This document shows, piece by piece, positions 49,342 to 58,586 of a stretch of 64,000 nt of DNA (positions are counted from its first letter, which is position 1; each line of letters opens with the position of its first letter). The position numbers were made by a program, and so were the translations under genes. A model generated the notes under the pieces. The model saw nothing but the letters and a program-made list of their open reading frames with translations, made no database searches and was not told the origin of the DNA. The stretch is from a virus: IMG/VR virus record IMGVR_UViG_3300022752_000026, positions 1-64,000 of that record; one strand, 5' to 3'.

Positions 49342-49824
49342 ATGGCTACTAAGAAAAAGAGTGCGTCAACACGACACACCAAATCAGTATCAAAAGCCAA
49401 GGGAATTGGTAAGGCCATACACCTGCTCGCTTCAGAGGGAAAGTCATATAGACAAATATCAAGCGAGTTAGGTGTCTCTAAAGGAACTATCTCTTATCAC
49501 TTAGGAGATAATCAAAAAGACAAAACGATAGGACGAACAAGACATTATCGTTCTCAGATAGATGCCTACCTACAAAAAGAAAAGGCAGCAGTTAAGAATT
49601 GCCCAGACTGCGGAGAAGAAAAGCAGTGGTTTCAGATGGACTTTGACCACGTCCGCGGAGTCAAGAAATTCAGCCTCTCTCAGTATCACCGCCACACTCA
49701 GAGCCTAAAAGTTGTCCAGGCTGAGGTGGCTAAATGCGACATTGTGTGCGCTTGTTGCCATAGACTACGGACCTATATGAGGGCTTTGGAGGCAAAAATC
49801 GCTCGTGAAAATAAGGTGGACTAA
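49342..49824 (+). CDS. HTH plus HNH-type endonuclease
   Basis: EGKSYRQISSELGVSKGTISYHL; CPDCG...MDFDHV...EVAKCDIVCACCHRLRT. Confidence 0.8.
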   Translation: MATKKKSASTRHTKSVSKAKGIGKAIHLLASEGKSYRQISSELGVSKGTISYHLGDNQKDKTIGRTRHYRSQIDAYLQKEKAAVKNCPDCGEEKQWFQMDFDHVRGVKKFSLSQYHRHTQSLKVVQAEVAKCDIVCACCHRLRTYMRALEAKIARENKVD

Positions 49825-50347
49825 AGAACGAGACCAGCGTTTTTGGGATAAAGTCTGGATAGACGAAGAAGAAGACGACTGTTGGTATTGGATTGCTGCC
49901 ACAACAAGCAGAGGTTATGGAGCATTTGCTTATACTAAAACAAAGATTATTACTGCTCACAAACTTTCATACTCTCTTGCCAAAAACAAAGGAGTTTTAG
50001 TTTCCCCCAAACTACACGTTATGCATATGTGCGACAACAAGATATGCGTAAATCCAAGCCATCTACAACTAGGAACTGCTAAAGAAAACAACAGAGATGC
50101 CATAGAACGTGGACTTGCTACTTCTATAGAGCAGATAGTTGGTCGTCCTAGCCAAAGAAGATACTGTAGTCATGGACACCCAAGAACTAAGAAGAACACC
50201 ATCATCAAGTCCAAGAACGGATACCAATATCCTCTCTGTCATATCTGCTACCTAGCAAACAACAGAGCATATAGAAAACGAGTTGCTAAGGCTAAAAAGT
50301 CTCAATACATGCGTGACTACAGAAAAAGAAAGGCTCAAAATGTCTGA
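49805..50347 (+). CDS. HNH homing-type endonuclease
   Basis: RFWDKV...CWYW...GYG...AHKLSY...VMHMCDNKICVNPSHL..GT..EN; C-terminal CSHGH...CHIC. Confidence 0.9.
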   Translation: MKIRWTKERDQRFWDKVWIDEEEDDCWYWIAATTSRGYGAFAYTKTKIITAHKLSYSLAKNKGVLVSPKLHVMHMCDNKICVNPSHLQLGTAKENNRDAIERGLATSIEQIVGRPSQRRYCSHGHPRTKKNTIIKSKNGYQYPLCHICYLANNRAYRKRVAKAKKSQYMRDYRKRKAQNV

Positions 50348-50864
50348 GCGCTATGACTATAGAGAGGCTTTTACCCTTGGCCACGGCTACAACCAAAAGA
50401 TGGCCAAAAGACTTCAAGACCGAGGAGTTGATTGTTACCCACCGTCCCTCAGATTTGCAGACGATACTCCTGAAGCACGTTTTGAGTTTACCCAAAACGA
50501 AAAAGACATTGTCCTTAATAATCCAAGTGGTTTGATAGAGGTCAAATCAAGCAGCACCTATTGGGAAGATGGAGACCCTTCTTCTATAAGAAGCAATTTC
50601 TCCAGCGTTTTTGTAGATACAGTTTCTTCCTACGAGGAAAAACTCATTAAGCCAATAGCCTATATTTTGGTATCTCAGCATACTGATGGTGTTTTGGTTG
50701 TTCCAGTCACAACAAAACCTCTGTGGCAAGTAAAGAAGAATCTTTATGACAAAAAGCAGGGAATCTTTGATGATTTCTACTTAGTTGAGTTTCAGCACCT
50801 CAAAACTTTTGATGAGTTGGTTTCTCACATTATGAAACAACAACAACTACAAACAACTACATAG
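50340..50864 (+). CDS. Possible PD-(D/E)XK nuclease-like protein
   Basis: EKDIVL...LIEVKS pattern. Confidence 0.5.
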   Translation: MSERYDYREAFTLGHGYNQKMAKRLQDRGVDCYPPSLRFADDTPEARFEFTQNEKDIVLNNPSGLIEVKSSSTYWEDGDPSSIRSNFSSVFVDTVSSYEEKLIKPIAYILVSQHTDGVLVVPVTTKPLWQVKKNLYDKKQGIFDDFYLVEFQHLKTFDELVSHIMKQQQLQTTT

Positions 50865-50879
50865 TAGTAAAATAAGATT

Positions 50880-50965
50880 GCTGGGCCTTATCTTAGGATT
50901 GGCTTAGTTACCACTGGCCCCCCCTCGCAAATTGTCCACAATTGTCGGGGGGGAGCCAGCCCAGC
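50880..50965 (+). ncRNA. Candidate small structured RNA
   Basis: TAAAAT 6 nt upstream; closing stem GCTGGG/CCCAGC, long stem CTGGC-CCCCCC/GGGGGG-A-GCCAG and two small hairpins. Confidence 0.45.
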
Positions 50966-51029
50966 AAAAAACACACAACACACACCCCTACCCGCCTTTC
51001 CCGCTTATAAAGGAACGAAGGCGCAAAGA
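50966..51029 (+). repeat. Dispersed ~70 bp element, copy 3
   Basis: Core TAAAGGAACGAAGGCGCAAA at 51008-51027, followed by a TTGCAC/TATCCT promoter. Confidence 0.85.
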
Positions 51030-51065
51030 TTTGCACTTTTTATTGTATAGGTGTATCCTGTCTCC

Positions 51066-51503
51066 ATGACACAAACCATAGACCAAAACGACTTCTACGA
51101 AATCATTGACGAGACATTTGTCTGCTGCGATGAACACCAATTTGTTTACTACTGCAAAGCCCACTCAGAGAGAATGGGTTGCCAGTTCTGCGCCTTTGAC
51201 CCTTACAGTAAATGTGGTTGCGATGAGTAAGAAAGCATCAGTTGCTGCCAACAGGGTTGTTATCTGTCCTGAGTGTAAGAAAGAGATTGAAGTTCGCTCT
51301 GGCTTTGCGCACCACACACTAGTTCGTCATATAAAGGAGCATAAGAAATGAAACTCTTTGGATTAGAGATAAAGCGAAAAGTAAAACCACTCTCTAGTGG
51401 AATGATGGTTAATTGCTACGGCTGCGGTAAACAGTTCTTTCTGTACTCTACTAAAATTAGAGTAATGAATTACTGCTCTCAATGCTCACCTAGAGTTGTA
51501 TAA
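51066..51503 (+). other. Three tiny Cys-rich genes (51066-51230, 51223-51351, 51348-~51503)
   Basis: First ATG is leaderless; CC..H..C, CPEC..H..H and CYGC..CSQC motifs; overlapping starts. Confidence 0.6.
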
Positions 51504-51506
51504 AAG

Positions 51507-51573
51507 CCCACACAAAAAACACACACCTCTCCCCCGTTCTCCCTTTTCGGTTAACGGAATGAAAGCGCGAAGA
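51507..51573 (+). repeat. Dispersed ~70 bp element, copy 4
   Basis: Core TAACGGAATGAAAGCGCGAA at 51552-51571, followed by a TTGCAT/TATAGT promoter. Confidence 0.88.
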
Positions 51574-51609
51574 TTTGCATTTTCTATTGTATAGTGCTAT
51601 AGTGTTCTT

Positions 51610-51888
51610 ATGAAGACACCAGACAAGTTTGCACTAGAGCGTTACTTTCCTAAAGGAATAGTTCCATCTGATGTAAGCGCTGTTCTTGAGATAAAAGGAA
51701 TCAAGACTCTCAAGAGCGGAGCAAAGTTCAAAGTAAAAGGCGAACGCGGAATGTGGACATTTCTTTATGTTCAAGGTGAAGCGGTTACTTGCTTTGACGG
51801 CCTAGGTCAGTTTAGAAGTATCTCAAAAGACAAAGTGAAAAAGGGAATCAATCGCTCTAAGCGCGAGATTGCTTTGGAGAAGGCTTAG
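51610..51888 (+). CDS. Small SH3-like beta-barrel hypothetical protein, leaderless
   Basis: LKSGAKFKVKGERGMWTF...VTCFDG..QFRS; TATAGT 6 nt upstream. Confidence 0.65.
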   Translation: MKTPDKFALERYFPKGIVPSDVSAVLEIKGIKTLKSGAKFKVKGERGMWTFLYVQGEAVTCFDGLGQFRSISKDKVKKGINRSKREIALEKA

Positions 51889-51965
51889 TTTTTAGTCCAG
51901 TTGCCTCGTAAGCATCAATAGCGTCATCCATCGTGTAGGGATGTTCTGCCGAGCAGTTGCCACAA

Positions 51966-53343
51966 TTACGACACATCGTCATCTCCATGGTCATCGCAGA
52001 CAGAATAAAGTCTTTCTTTGATTGCCTTGATGCCAACAGACTTTTTTGCACAGAAGTAGCAAAAAGACCATTGATGCAAGTTCTTCTCACGAAGGTGGTC
52101 CAAATACTGAATCAGCCTTTGGTCCCTACTCCACTGAGTGTGTTGACTTGGCATAGTCTTATTATAGCGTTACAGTTACCCCATGAGAAAACTACTAGCA
52201 AGACCTTTTTGGTTTATCCACGACCAAGCAGATTGGTTCAACCGAGTTGGTTGTTATATTGCCTTTGGCAAGAAATGGAGGACGATGCATGACCCACAAT
52301 GAAAAGAAAGTTATGAAAGAGCCTCCCATGGGGTCAGTAGTAGTTGATATAAGAGGAAGTGCGTGGCAACGACATCCTGTTGGCTGGGCAGTTGCTGGAA
52401 GCGATATGTCATGGTCCTACACTTGGAAGCAACTACTCAAAGAGTTATATAGTCCTATGGATTACCCTTCTCAGGAATGGGCACCAGTCTTGCATGACCC
52501 AAGGCTCCCTTTGATTGTTTATGTCCCCCACGAAGAACTACTACTAGAAGAGGAAGACAATGATGAGTAATGACGGCGAACTAACCCTAAGGGTCAAAAG
52601 AATCACCTTTGAAGGAGAACCTACCCACTGGGACGTTGAAGGAGAGATTGTTAGAGACGGAGAATCTAGTGGAAGTTATGGTGGCACTGGTCCGACCTTC
52701 TACGGGGTCGTAGATGCCTTCTTTGAGTATCTCCATGAACATCTCAAGGACGAAGAGGACAATAAATGGCTGATGTTCAATGCCAATGTCAAGGCTGAAA
52801 AGAATAATAATCCTGTTATTGACGTCCAATAACAATAAGTTGTTCGTAGTTGAAGCCTAGTATATTAACACACCATATATATCCAATGCCAAAAATCGTC
52901 CAATATGACACTTAGAAATAGGGGCTATTTTTTGTATACTTTTAGGTGTAAGAGTGTATAGTTATGCCTAAGAAACTCCATTTACGAGAGGAAAAGACGC
53001 ATGGACTGGAAACAACCGTTTGAACTTGCCTTTGAGTTAGGTCTCTGGGCTATTGGCTGGACATTGGTAGCAATCATTGGATTGTTTATTCTTGCGATTG
53101 CTATTGCTGTAGTCAAAGGAACTATTGCCATGTTCAAGGGAAAGAAGCCCACTAAGGAAGTGACCAAGACTTTTAGATTGGTCAAGGGCGATGGCGCGGG
53201 GCAGTAAGCGCATCAACATCAACCTCGGCTGGGGGACTTGGGATAGTTGGGGGTTTGGTCTCAACTATTGTCCTTATGCTAATTCTGTAACTATTGAGTT
53301 TATCCATTGGTATTTTTATGTAGAGATGTGGAGCCCTAGTGAC
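51966..53343. other. Several small hypothetical genes (51966-52154 -, ~52289-52570 +, 52560-52832 +, 53001-53207 + single TM)
   Basis: ORF track with RBS or coupling. Confidence 0.55.
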
Positions 53344-54007
53344 GACTAAAAAGGTTGCTTACTGTTATGCCCGCGTCTCTACCTCCATGCAAGCAGAAGA
53401 AGGCGTAAGTCTTGATGCTCAAGAAAAGCAACTTATTGGGGCAGCAGAGTTCAATGGATACGAAGATGTTCTTATCTTGCGTGAAGAAGGAAAATCTGGA
53501 AAAAGTATCAAGGGAAGACCTGTTCTAACTAAGGCTTTAGAAGACCTTGATAACGGAAAAGCGGAAGCACTTTTTGTAACTCGTTTAGACCGACTTGCTC
53601 GCTCTACAAGAGACTTTTTAGAGATTGTTGACCGTTCACACAAACATGGTTGGCGTCTAATGCTTCTTGATTTAGGTTTAGATACTGCAACTTATCAGGG
53701 CCGCTTTGTTGTAACCATTATGTCTGCAATGGCTGAAATGGAGCGCGGAATGATTTCTATGCGCCAAAAAGACATTCATCAAGATAGAAGAAGCAGTGGT
53801 AAGCGCTGGGGAGTTGATTTAGGACCACTACCACTTGTATCTAAAGACATTGAAGAAAGAATAAATAAAGAAAGAGATGCAGGACTTTCTTATAAAGAAA
53901 TTTCTGATAATTTGAATAAAGATGCAATACCAACTCTTCTAAAAGGTAAAAAATGGTATGCATCAACTGTTCGTGACATATATTTACGTTATAAATCAAC
54001 TAGTTAG
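53339..54007 (+). CDS. Serine recombinase (resolvase catalytic domain plus short C-terminal DNA-binding domain)
   Basis: YARVST (catalytic Ser), SGKS...RP, VTRLDRLARS, MAEMER; tail GLSYKEIS..LN...IPT....KWYASTV. Confidence 0.92.
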   Translation: MTTKKVAYCYARVSTSMQAEEGVSLDAQEKQLIGAAEFNGYEDVLILREEGKSGKSIKGRPVLTKALEDLDNGKAEALFVTRLDRLARSTRDFLEIVDRSHKHGWRLMLLDLGLDTATYQGRFVVTIMSAMAEMERGMISMRQKDIHQDRRSSGKRWGVDLGPLPLVSKDIEERINKERDAGLSYKEISDNLNKDAIPTLLKGKKWYASTVRDIYLRYKSTS

Positions 54008-54065
54008 ACTTTCATTACTGTAAAATTATCTCCGTCATATTCTTCTGTGGTGGGAGATTTACTAA

Positions 54066-57000
54066 ATGCGCCGTTCGGCTGCTCGCTTTTTATTATTACC
54101 TATTACTAAAAAAGCAATAATAGGTCTTTTTGGGTATTCATTTTTTGTAGTAATCTATTCAATACTTGCCCCGACTTCTGCTTATGCAGAAGAAGGCGTT
54201 CCACAAGATGGGGGTGCTGGCGGAAACAATAACCAGTCTAATTCCAGTGCGTCGTCGGGAGGTGGTCCAGAGGCTTCTTCACAGAGTTCAGCGCCAGAAC
54301 CTATAACTGAAGCGGCAACTGCTGTAGCAACAGCAGAATCTAACGTAACAAGTCTTGAAACTAAAGTCACTCAAATTCAGGAGGTAGCATCATCAATACC
54401 CCAACCATCACAACAAGTTTCTCAATCAATTCAAACTGCGACTACATCATTACAGGAAGCATCTAGCGCAACGGAATCAGCAGCAACATCAGTTGCTACA
54501 GCACAAGCGGCAGTTACTGCGTCAGAGACTGCAAACACTAATCTGGCTCAAGCAACTGCCGCTGTGTCATCTCAAGAGACAGTAGTTGCTACGGCTCAGT
54601 CTGCGGCAACATCAGCAGCACAAGCGGTAACAACTCAAGAAGCAGTGGTTGCTTCAGCACAAACAACAGCAACAGCAGCCCAAGCAGCGGCAAATGCAGC
54701 AAATACAACTACAACAGTTACAGAGACTTTTACCAACAACACAACTTCCGTTGTAACAATTACAACTGGAGCAAGTGGAACTTCGCCTCTTCCAAACAGT
54801 AACGTATCTATTAGTGGACCTTGGAACACACCACAAACATCAGGCCCTGCGCTTGTTCTTATGAATCCAACCAATGATGTTATTATCAATGTAAATCCAA
54901 CTGGTCAGGGAACTGTTACTTCTGTAACTATGGGTGTTTATGCCAAAAATGGCGACACAAATATGATTGCTACAAACTCAGATGGAACAACAACTACTGA
55001 AGTAATAAACAATAACGTATCTTCTCAGACACAAGCAGTCGGATATACCTCAACAGAGACTATAACTGGCTCAAACATTCAAACAGTAACTATTAAAAAA
55101 GATGCTGACTATTATGTTGTTGACAATATTGCTGTAACTAAAACAACTTCTGACCCAGCCCTTACAGCCGCTGCCCAACAAGCCAACGCCACCCTTGCGT
55201 CAGAGCAAACAACCTTAACTACTCTTCAGGCTACTAATGCAGAAGCACAAACAACTTTATCTTCTGCTCAATCAACTCTAACAACTCTTCAATCGTCAGA
55301 ATCAACTGCTACCACTACGGCTCAGCAAGCAGAGACAACAGCAACTAACGCAACTACAACAGCAGTTACCGTTTCTGCAACGGCAACAGCAGAAGTAAAA
55401 GAAGCAACTGTTGACGTTGCTAAGGCTCAGATTGTTGTTTCATCAGCAGCAGTAGAAGTTTTATCTTCTACAGTCACCGCTCTTACACAGACTGCTAATA
55501 CGCTTCAACCTACAACAGAAGTAACTACTGCTATAACAACAGCAACCACTGAAGTTGCTCAAGCACAAGCAGCAGTGACAGCAGCACAGACAGCAATGGC
55601 TACCGCAGAAACTTTAGCAGCGAACGCTCCAACAGTGGCAGCAGCAACTGCTGTAGTTGAGGACAAGACAGCAGTTCTCTTAACTGCTCAAAATGCTGTA
55701 GATGCTCAGGAAGTTGTTGTCGCTCAAGCAACCACCGCTGAGGCAACTGCTCAGGCTGTAGTAAATGCTGCTACATCACCAGGTCTTAAAGTAGAAGTAT
55801 TCAATGTTCAAGGACAGAACAATGCTCCAGTTCTTCCAGCAGGTGCTACACCAATTCTTACAACTACTGATACAAATGGAATCAATGAGCAATGGGGTAA
55901 CGGTAACGTCGCTGGTTCTAATCGTTCAGAAGATGTCATTGTTCGTTATAGCGGAGATATTACGTTTCCAGTGGGGGGAACTATTCGTTTTTATGCTCCT
56001 GGGGATGACGGAGTAAGGGTCACAATCGGCGGGCTTCGGGTAATCAATGATTGGTATGACAAGGGTGGCGGCGGCTCAACTGCTATGGAAAATTTTAATT
56101 CAAATACACCTTATTCTTTTGAACTTATGTATTATGAAAATGGTGGCGGAGCCTGGGTTCAGATGTATTGGCACATTGGTCAGGGATACACAATTATTCC
56201 TGGCTCAGCCTTTACTAATTCAACTGCAACAATTCAGCAATTACAAACTTTAGCAACAGCAGAGGCCACACTTGAGCAAGAGCAAAATGAACTTGAATTT
56301 TTAGAAGCAGAAGAAGACCAGGCTGCTACTAATTTGGCTAATGCTCAATCTAACTTAGTTTCTGCTCAGCAAGCAGTAACTGCTATGAATACAGCAGTTA
56401 CTTTGGCTCAAACAGCAATTACCGAAACTGTTCAAGCAATACAAGCAGTTCAAACTGCTGATGTTGTTGTATCAACAACTCAAGACTCTCAGCAAGCAGC
56501 ACAGGCTGCGGCACAAGCAGCAGCAGCACAATTAGCAGCAGAACAAGCAGCAGCACAGGCTTTAGCAGCACAACAAGCAGCGCAAGCGGCTGCTCAAGCG
56601 GCTGCTCAAGCGGCAGCGGCACAAGCGGCTCAATTAGCAGCACAACAAGCAGCGCAAGCAGCAGCAGCGCAAGCAGCAGCACAGGCAGCATCTGCTGCTC
56701 AAGCAGCGCAAGCAGCAGCAATAGCAGCAGCACAACAAGCAGCGCAAGCAGCAGCGCAAGCAGCGGCAGCAGAGGCAGCACGAATTGCTGCTGAAAAACA
56801 AGCAGCAGATGAGGCTCGTGCAGCAGCAGAAGCAGCAGCACAAGCAGCAGCACAACAACAAACAACTGCTGAAACTTCTGCATCATCAGCGCAATCATCA
56901 GCAACTACAGCACAAGAACAACAAACAACTGCTGAAGAACTTAGTCCTCCACCTCCACCTCCCCCAAGTGAACCAGAACCTCCAGTTGAACCTGAAGTCC

Positions 57001-57881
57001 CACCTACACCAGTAGAACCTGAAGAACCTCCTGCTGAAGAACCACCAGCAGAAGAACCTCCTGCTGAAGAACCACCAGCAGAAGAACCACCAGCAGAAGA
57101 ACCTCCTGCTGAAGAACCACCAGCAGAAGAACCACCAGCAGAAGAACCTCCTGCTGAAGAACCACCAGCAGAAGAACCACCAGCAGAAGAACCACCAGCA
57201 GAAGAACCTCCTGCTGAAGAACCACCTGCTCCTGTTGAACCTGAAAAACCAACAACTCCAGAAGAAGCAGTAGCAGAGGTTGTAAAAGATGCTATGGCAG
57301 ATGGAAAACTTACTGCTGAAGAAAAAGAAGCAGTAGTTACTGCAATATTAGCAACTGTTGCTCCAGGAGAAGCAGTCTCAGGCGATGCGATAAAAGAAGC
57401 AGGACTAACTTATTCAGATTTACCACCAGCAACACCTGTAGATGTTCGTACAGATGAAAATGGCAATGCTGTTGTTATTACTGCGGAAGTAGCAGCAGCC
57501 CTTGAGATACTTGACAATCCAGTACAATTGTTATCCGAAGTTTTCTCTGACCCTGGTAAAGTGCTTCTTGCTTTATCTAGTTTAGGTGCTGATATGAGCC
57601 CAGAAGAACGAGAAGAAGCAGAGAAAATGGTTGTGACAGTTGTTGTCGCTGGTCAAGCAGTGCAGACTGCTTTAGGTGCAGCGGCAGCAGCGACAGGTGC
57701 AGCCGGCGGTGGAGCATCATCTGGTGGAAGCGGTGGAAGTAAAACTCCTTCATCTCCTAGAGGAGGCGGGGATGCTGGCGCTCCTACTGGACGTGAAGAT
57801 GGTACTCGTCGCAAACCAAAAACAAGAAGAGTAAGAAAAACAAAAATTAAGAAGGCAACTAGAACAAGGAGAGCAAAATAA
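54066..57881 (+). CDS. 1271 aa exported/surface protein with Ala/Thr/Gln stalk, PA14 domain and EEPPA repeats
   Basis: Hydrophobic N-terminus ending SAYA/EE; PA14 motifs GLKVEVF, INEQWG, VRYSG, DDGVRV, INDW and YYENGGGA. Confidence 0.8.
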   Translation: MRRSAARFLLLPITKKAIIGLFGYSFFVVIYSILAPTSAYAEEGVPQDGGAGGNNNQSNSSASSGGGPEASSQSSAPEPITEAATAVATAESNVTSLETKVTQIQEVASSIPQPSQQVSQSIQTATTSLQEASSATESAATSVATAQAAVTASETANTNLAQATAAVSSQETVVATAQSAATSAAQAVTTQEAVVASAQTTATAAQAAANAANTTTTVTETFTNNTTSVVTITTGASGTSPLPNSNVSISGPWNTPQTSGPALVLMNPTNDVIINVNPTGQGTVTSVTMGVYAKNGDTNMIATNSDGTTTTEVINNNVSSQTQAVGYTSTETITGSNIQTVTIKKDADYYVVDNIAVTKTTSDPALTAAAQQANATLASEQTTLTTLQATNAEAQTTLSSAQSTLTTLQSSESTATTTAQQAETTATNATTTAVTVSATATAEVKEATVDVAKAQIVVSSAAVEVLSSTVTALTQTANTLQPTTEVTTAITTATTEVAQAQAAVTAAQTAMATAETLAANAPTVAAATAVVEDKTAVLLTAQNAVDAQEVVVAQATTAEATAQAVVNAATSPGLKVEVFNVQGQNNAPVLPAGATPILTTTDTNGINEQWGNGNVAGSNRSEDVIVRYSGDITFPVGGTIRFYAPGDDGVRVTIGGLRVINDWYDKGGGGSTAMENFNSNTPYSFELMYYENGGGAWVQMYWHIGQGYTIIPGSAFTNSTATIQQLQTLATAEATLEQEQNELEFLEAEEDQAATNLANAQSNLVSAQQAVTAMNTAVTLAQTAITETVQAIQAVQTADVVVSTTQDSQQAAQAAAQAAAAQLAAEQAAAQALAAQQAAQAAAQAAAQAAAAQAAQLAAQQAAQAAAAQAAAQAASAAQAAQAAAIAAAQQAAQAAAQAAAAEAARIAAEKQAADEARAAAEAAAQAAAQQQTTAETSASSAQSSATTAQEQQTTAEELSPPPPPPPSEPEPPVEPEVPPTPVEPEEPPAEEPPAEEPPAEEPPAEEPPAEEPPAEEPPAEEPPAEEPPAEEPPAEEPPAEEPPAEEPPAEEPPAPVEPEKPTTPEEAVAEVVKDAMADGKLTAEEKEAVVTAILATVAPGEAVSGDAIKEAGLTYSDLPPATPVDVRTDENGNAVVITAEVAAALEILDNPVQLLSEVFSDPGKVLLALSSLGADMSPEEREEAEKMVVTVVVAGQAVQTALGAAAAATGAAGGGASSGGSGGSKTPSSPRGGGDAGAPTGREDGTRRKPKTRRVRKTKIKKATRTRRAK
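57021..57230 (+). repeat. 15-bp coding tandem repeat, 14 copies (EEPPA)
   Basis: Mixture of gaagaacctcctgct and gaagaaccaccagca units. Confidence 0.95.
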
Positions 57882-58057
57882 TGAAAGACTTCCTCAGAGA
57901 TGTTTTAGACCAAGTCTGGACACTACTAGGCATGTTTATTGCTTGGCTTGTTCTTGACGGGTCTGCAAAAACAGTTGTAGGTTGGGCAATCATTTTCTCT
58001 ATGGTCGTATGGTGGGCAACATACCCAATCAGACGCGATAGAGATGAGGACGAGTAA
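57881..58057 (+). CDS. 58 aa two-TM protein coupled to the surface protein (not in ORF track)
   Basis: TAATG overlap; MKDFLRDVLDQVWTLLGMFIAWLVLDGSAKTVVGWAIIFSMVVWWATYPIRRDRDEDE. Confidence 0.8.
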   Translation: MKDFLRDVLDQVWTLLGMFIAWLVLDGSAKTVVGWAIIFSMVVWWATYPIRRDRDEDE

Positions 58058-58109
58058 ACCCAAATAACCCCTCAACTCTCCGTTATGATAGTGCTACCCA
58101 CTATTTATA

Positions 58110-58583
58110 ATGGAGTTGACAATGAGTGCAGAATTAGTAGAGCAATATAGAGTAATGATTGAACCACTCCTCCCTTTGGCTAAAAGGGCTTATGGTTCTA
58201 GATTTCAAAATACACCTGCACATAAAGCCAGCCGCGAATACACACGGTTGCTCTGCGAATTTTATGAACAAGGCGGAAGTCTTCCAGACTTAGCAAAAGT
58301 GCTAAAAGTTGCGTATCCAGGGGTAAGACGTCGTGTTGTCATGGAGAATGTCTCCATTCAACAGATAAAGCCTCATAAAAAAGCCCACAAGTCAGAGATT
58401 CCATCTGCTGTTGAAAGAATTAAGAATGCTAAACAAAATGGTGGAGTTGAGGCATACCACGCACAAATTGCCGAAGAGTATAAAAATGGATTTTCACTTC
58501 AAGATTTGGCGAAAGGGTTAGGGCTCAGTTCTGCTGCACCGCTTTATTATGGTGCCCAGAGAAGTTTGCAGAAAGGAAACTAG
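58110..58583 (+). CDS. Double HTH DNA-binding protein (divergent family member)
   Basis: PLLPLAKRAYGSR...ASREYTRLL..FYEQGGSLPDLAKVLKVAYPGVRRR and YKNGFSLQDLAKGLGLS. Confidence 0.7.
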   Translation: MELTMSAELVEQYRVMIEPLLPLAKRAYGSRFQNTPAHKASREYTRLLCEFYEQGGSLPDLAKVLKVAYPGVRRRVVMENVSIQQIKPHKKAHKSEIPSAVERIKNAKQNGGVEAYHAQIAEEYKNGFSLQDLAKGLGLSSAAPLYYGAQRSLQKGN

Positions 58584-58586
58584 CCA

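Noticed and set aside
45463-51573. Four-copy repeat as a CRISPR array
   Set aside because: Copies are 0.5-3.7 kb apart with genes between them, there is no repeat-spacer periodicity, and no cas genes are present.
53339-54007. IS607 TnpA or large serine integrase
   Set aside because: There is no N-terminal MerR-type HTH and no tnpB, and it is too short for a large serine integrase.
57021-57230. 15-bp tandem array as a CRISPR or non-coding repeat
   Set aside because: It is in frame, encodes EEPPA, varies only at synonymous positions and has no spacers.
56419-57255. Leu/Val- and Cys-rich ORFs on the minus strand
   Set aside because: They are antisense translations of the AQA and EEPPA repeats.
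58055-58090. Possible fifth copy of the ~70 bp element (C-rich tract then CTCCGTTA)
   Set aside because: It lacks the GGAATGAAGGCGCG core, so the similarity is too weak.
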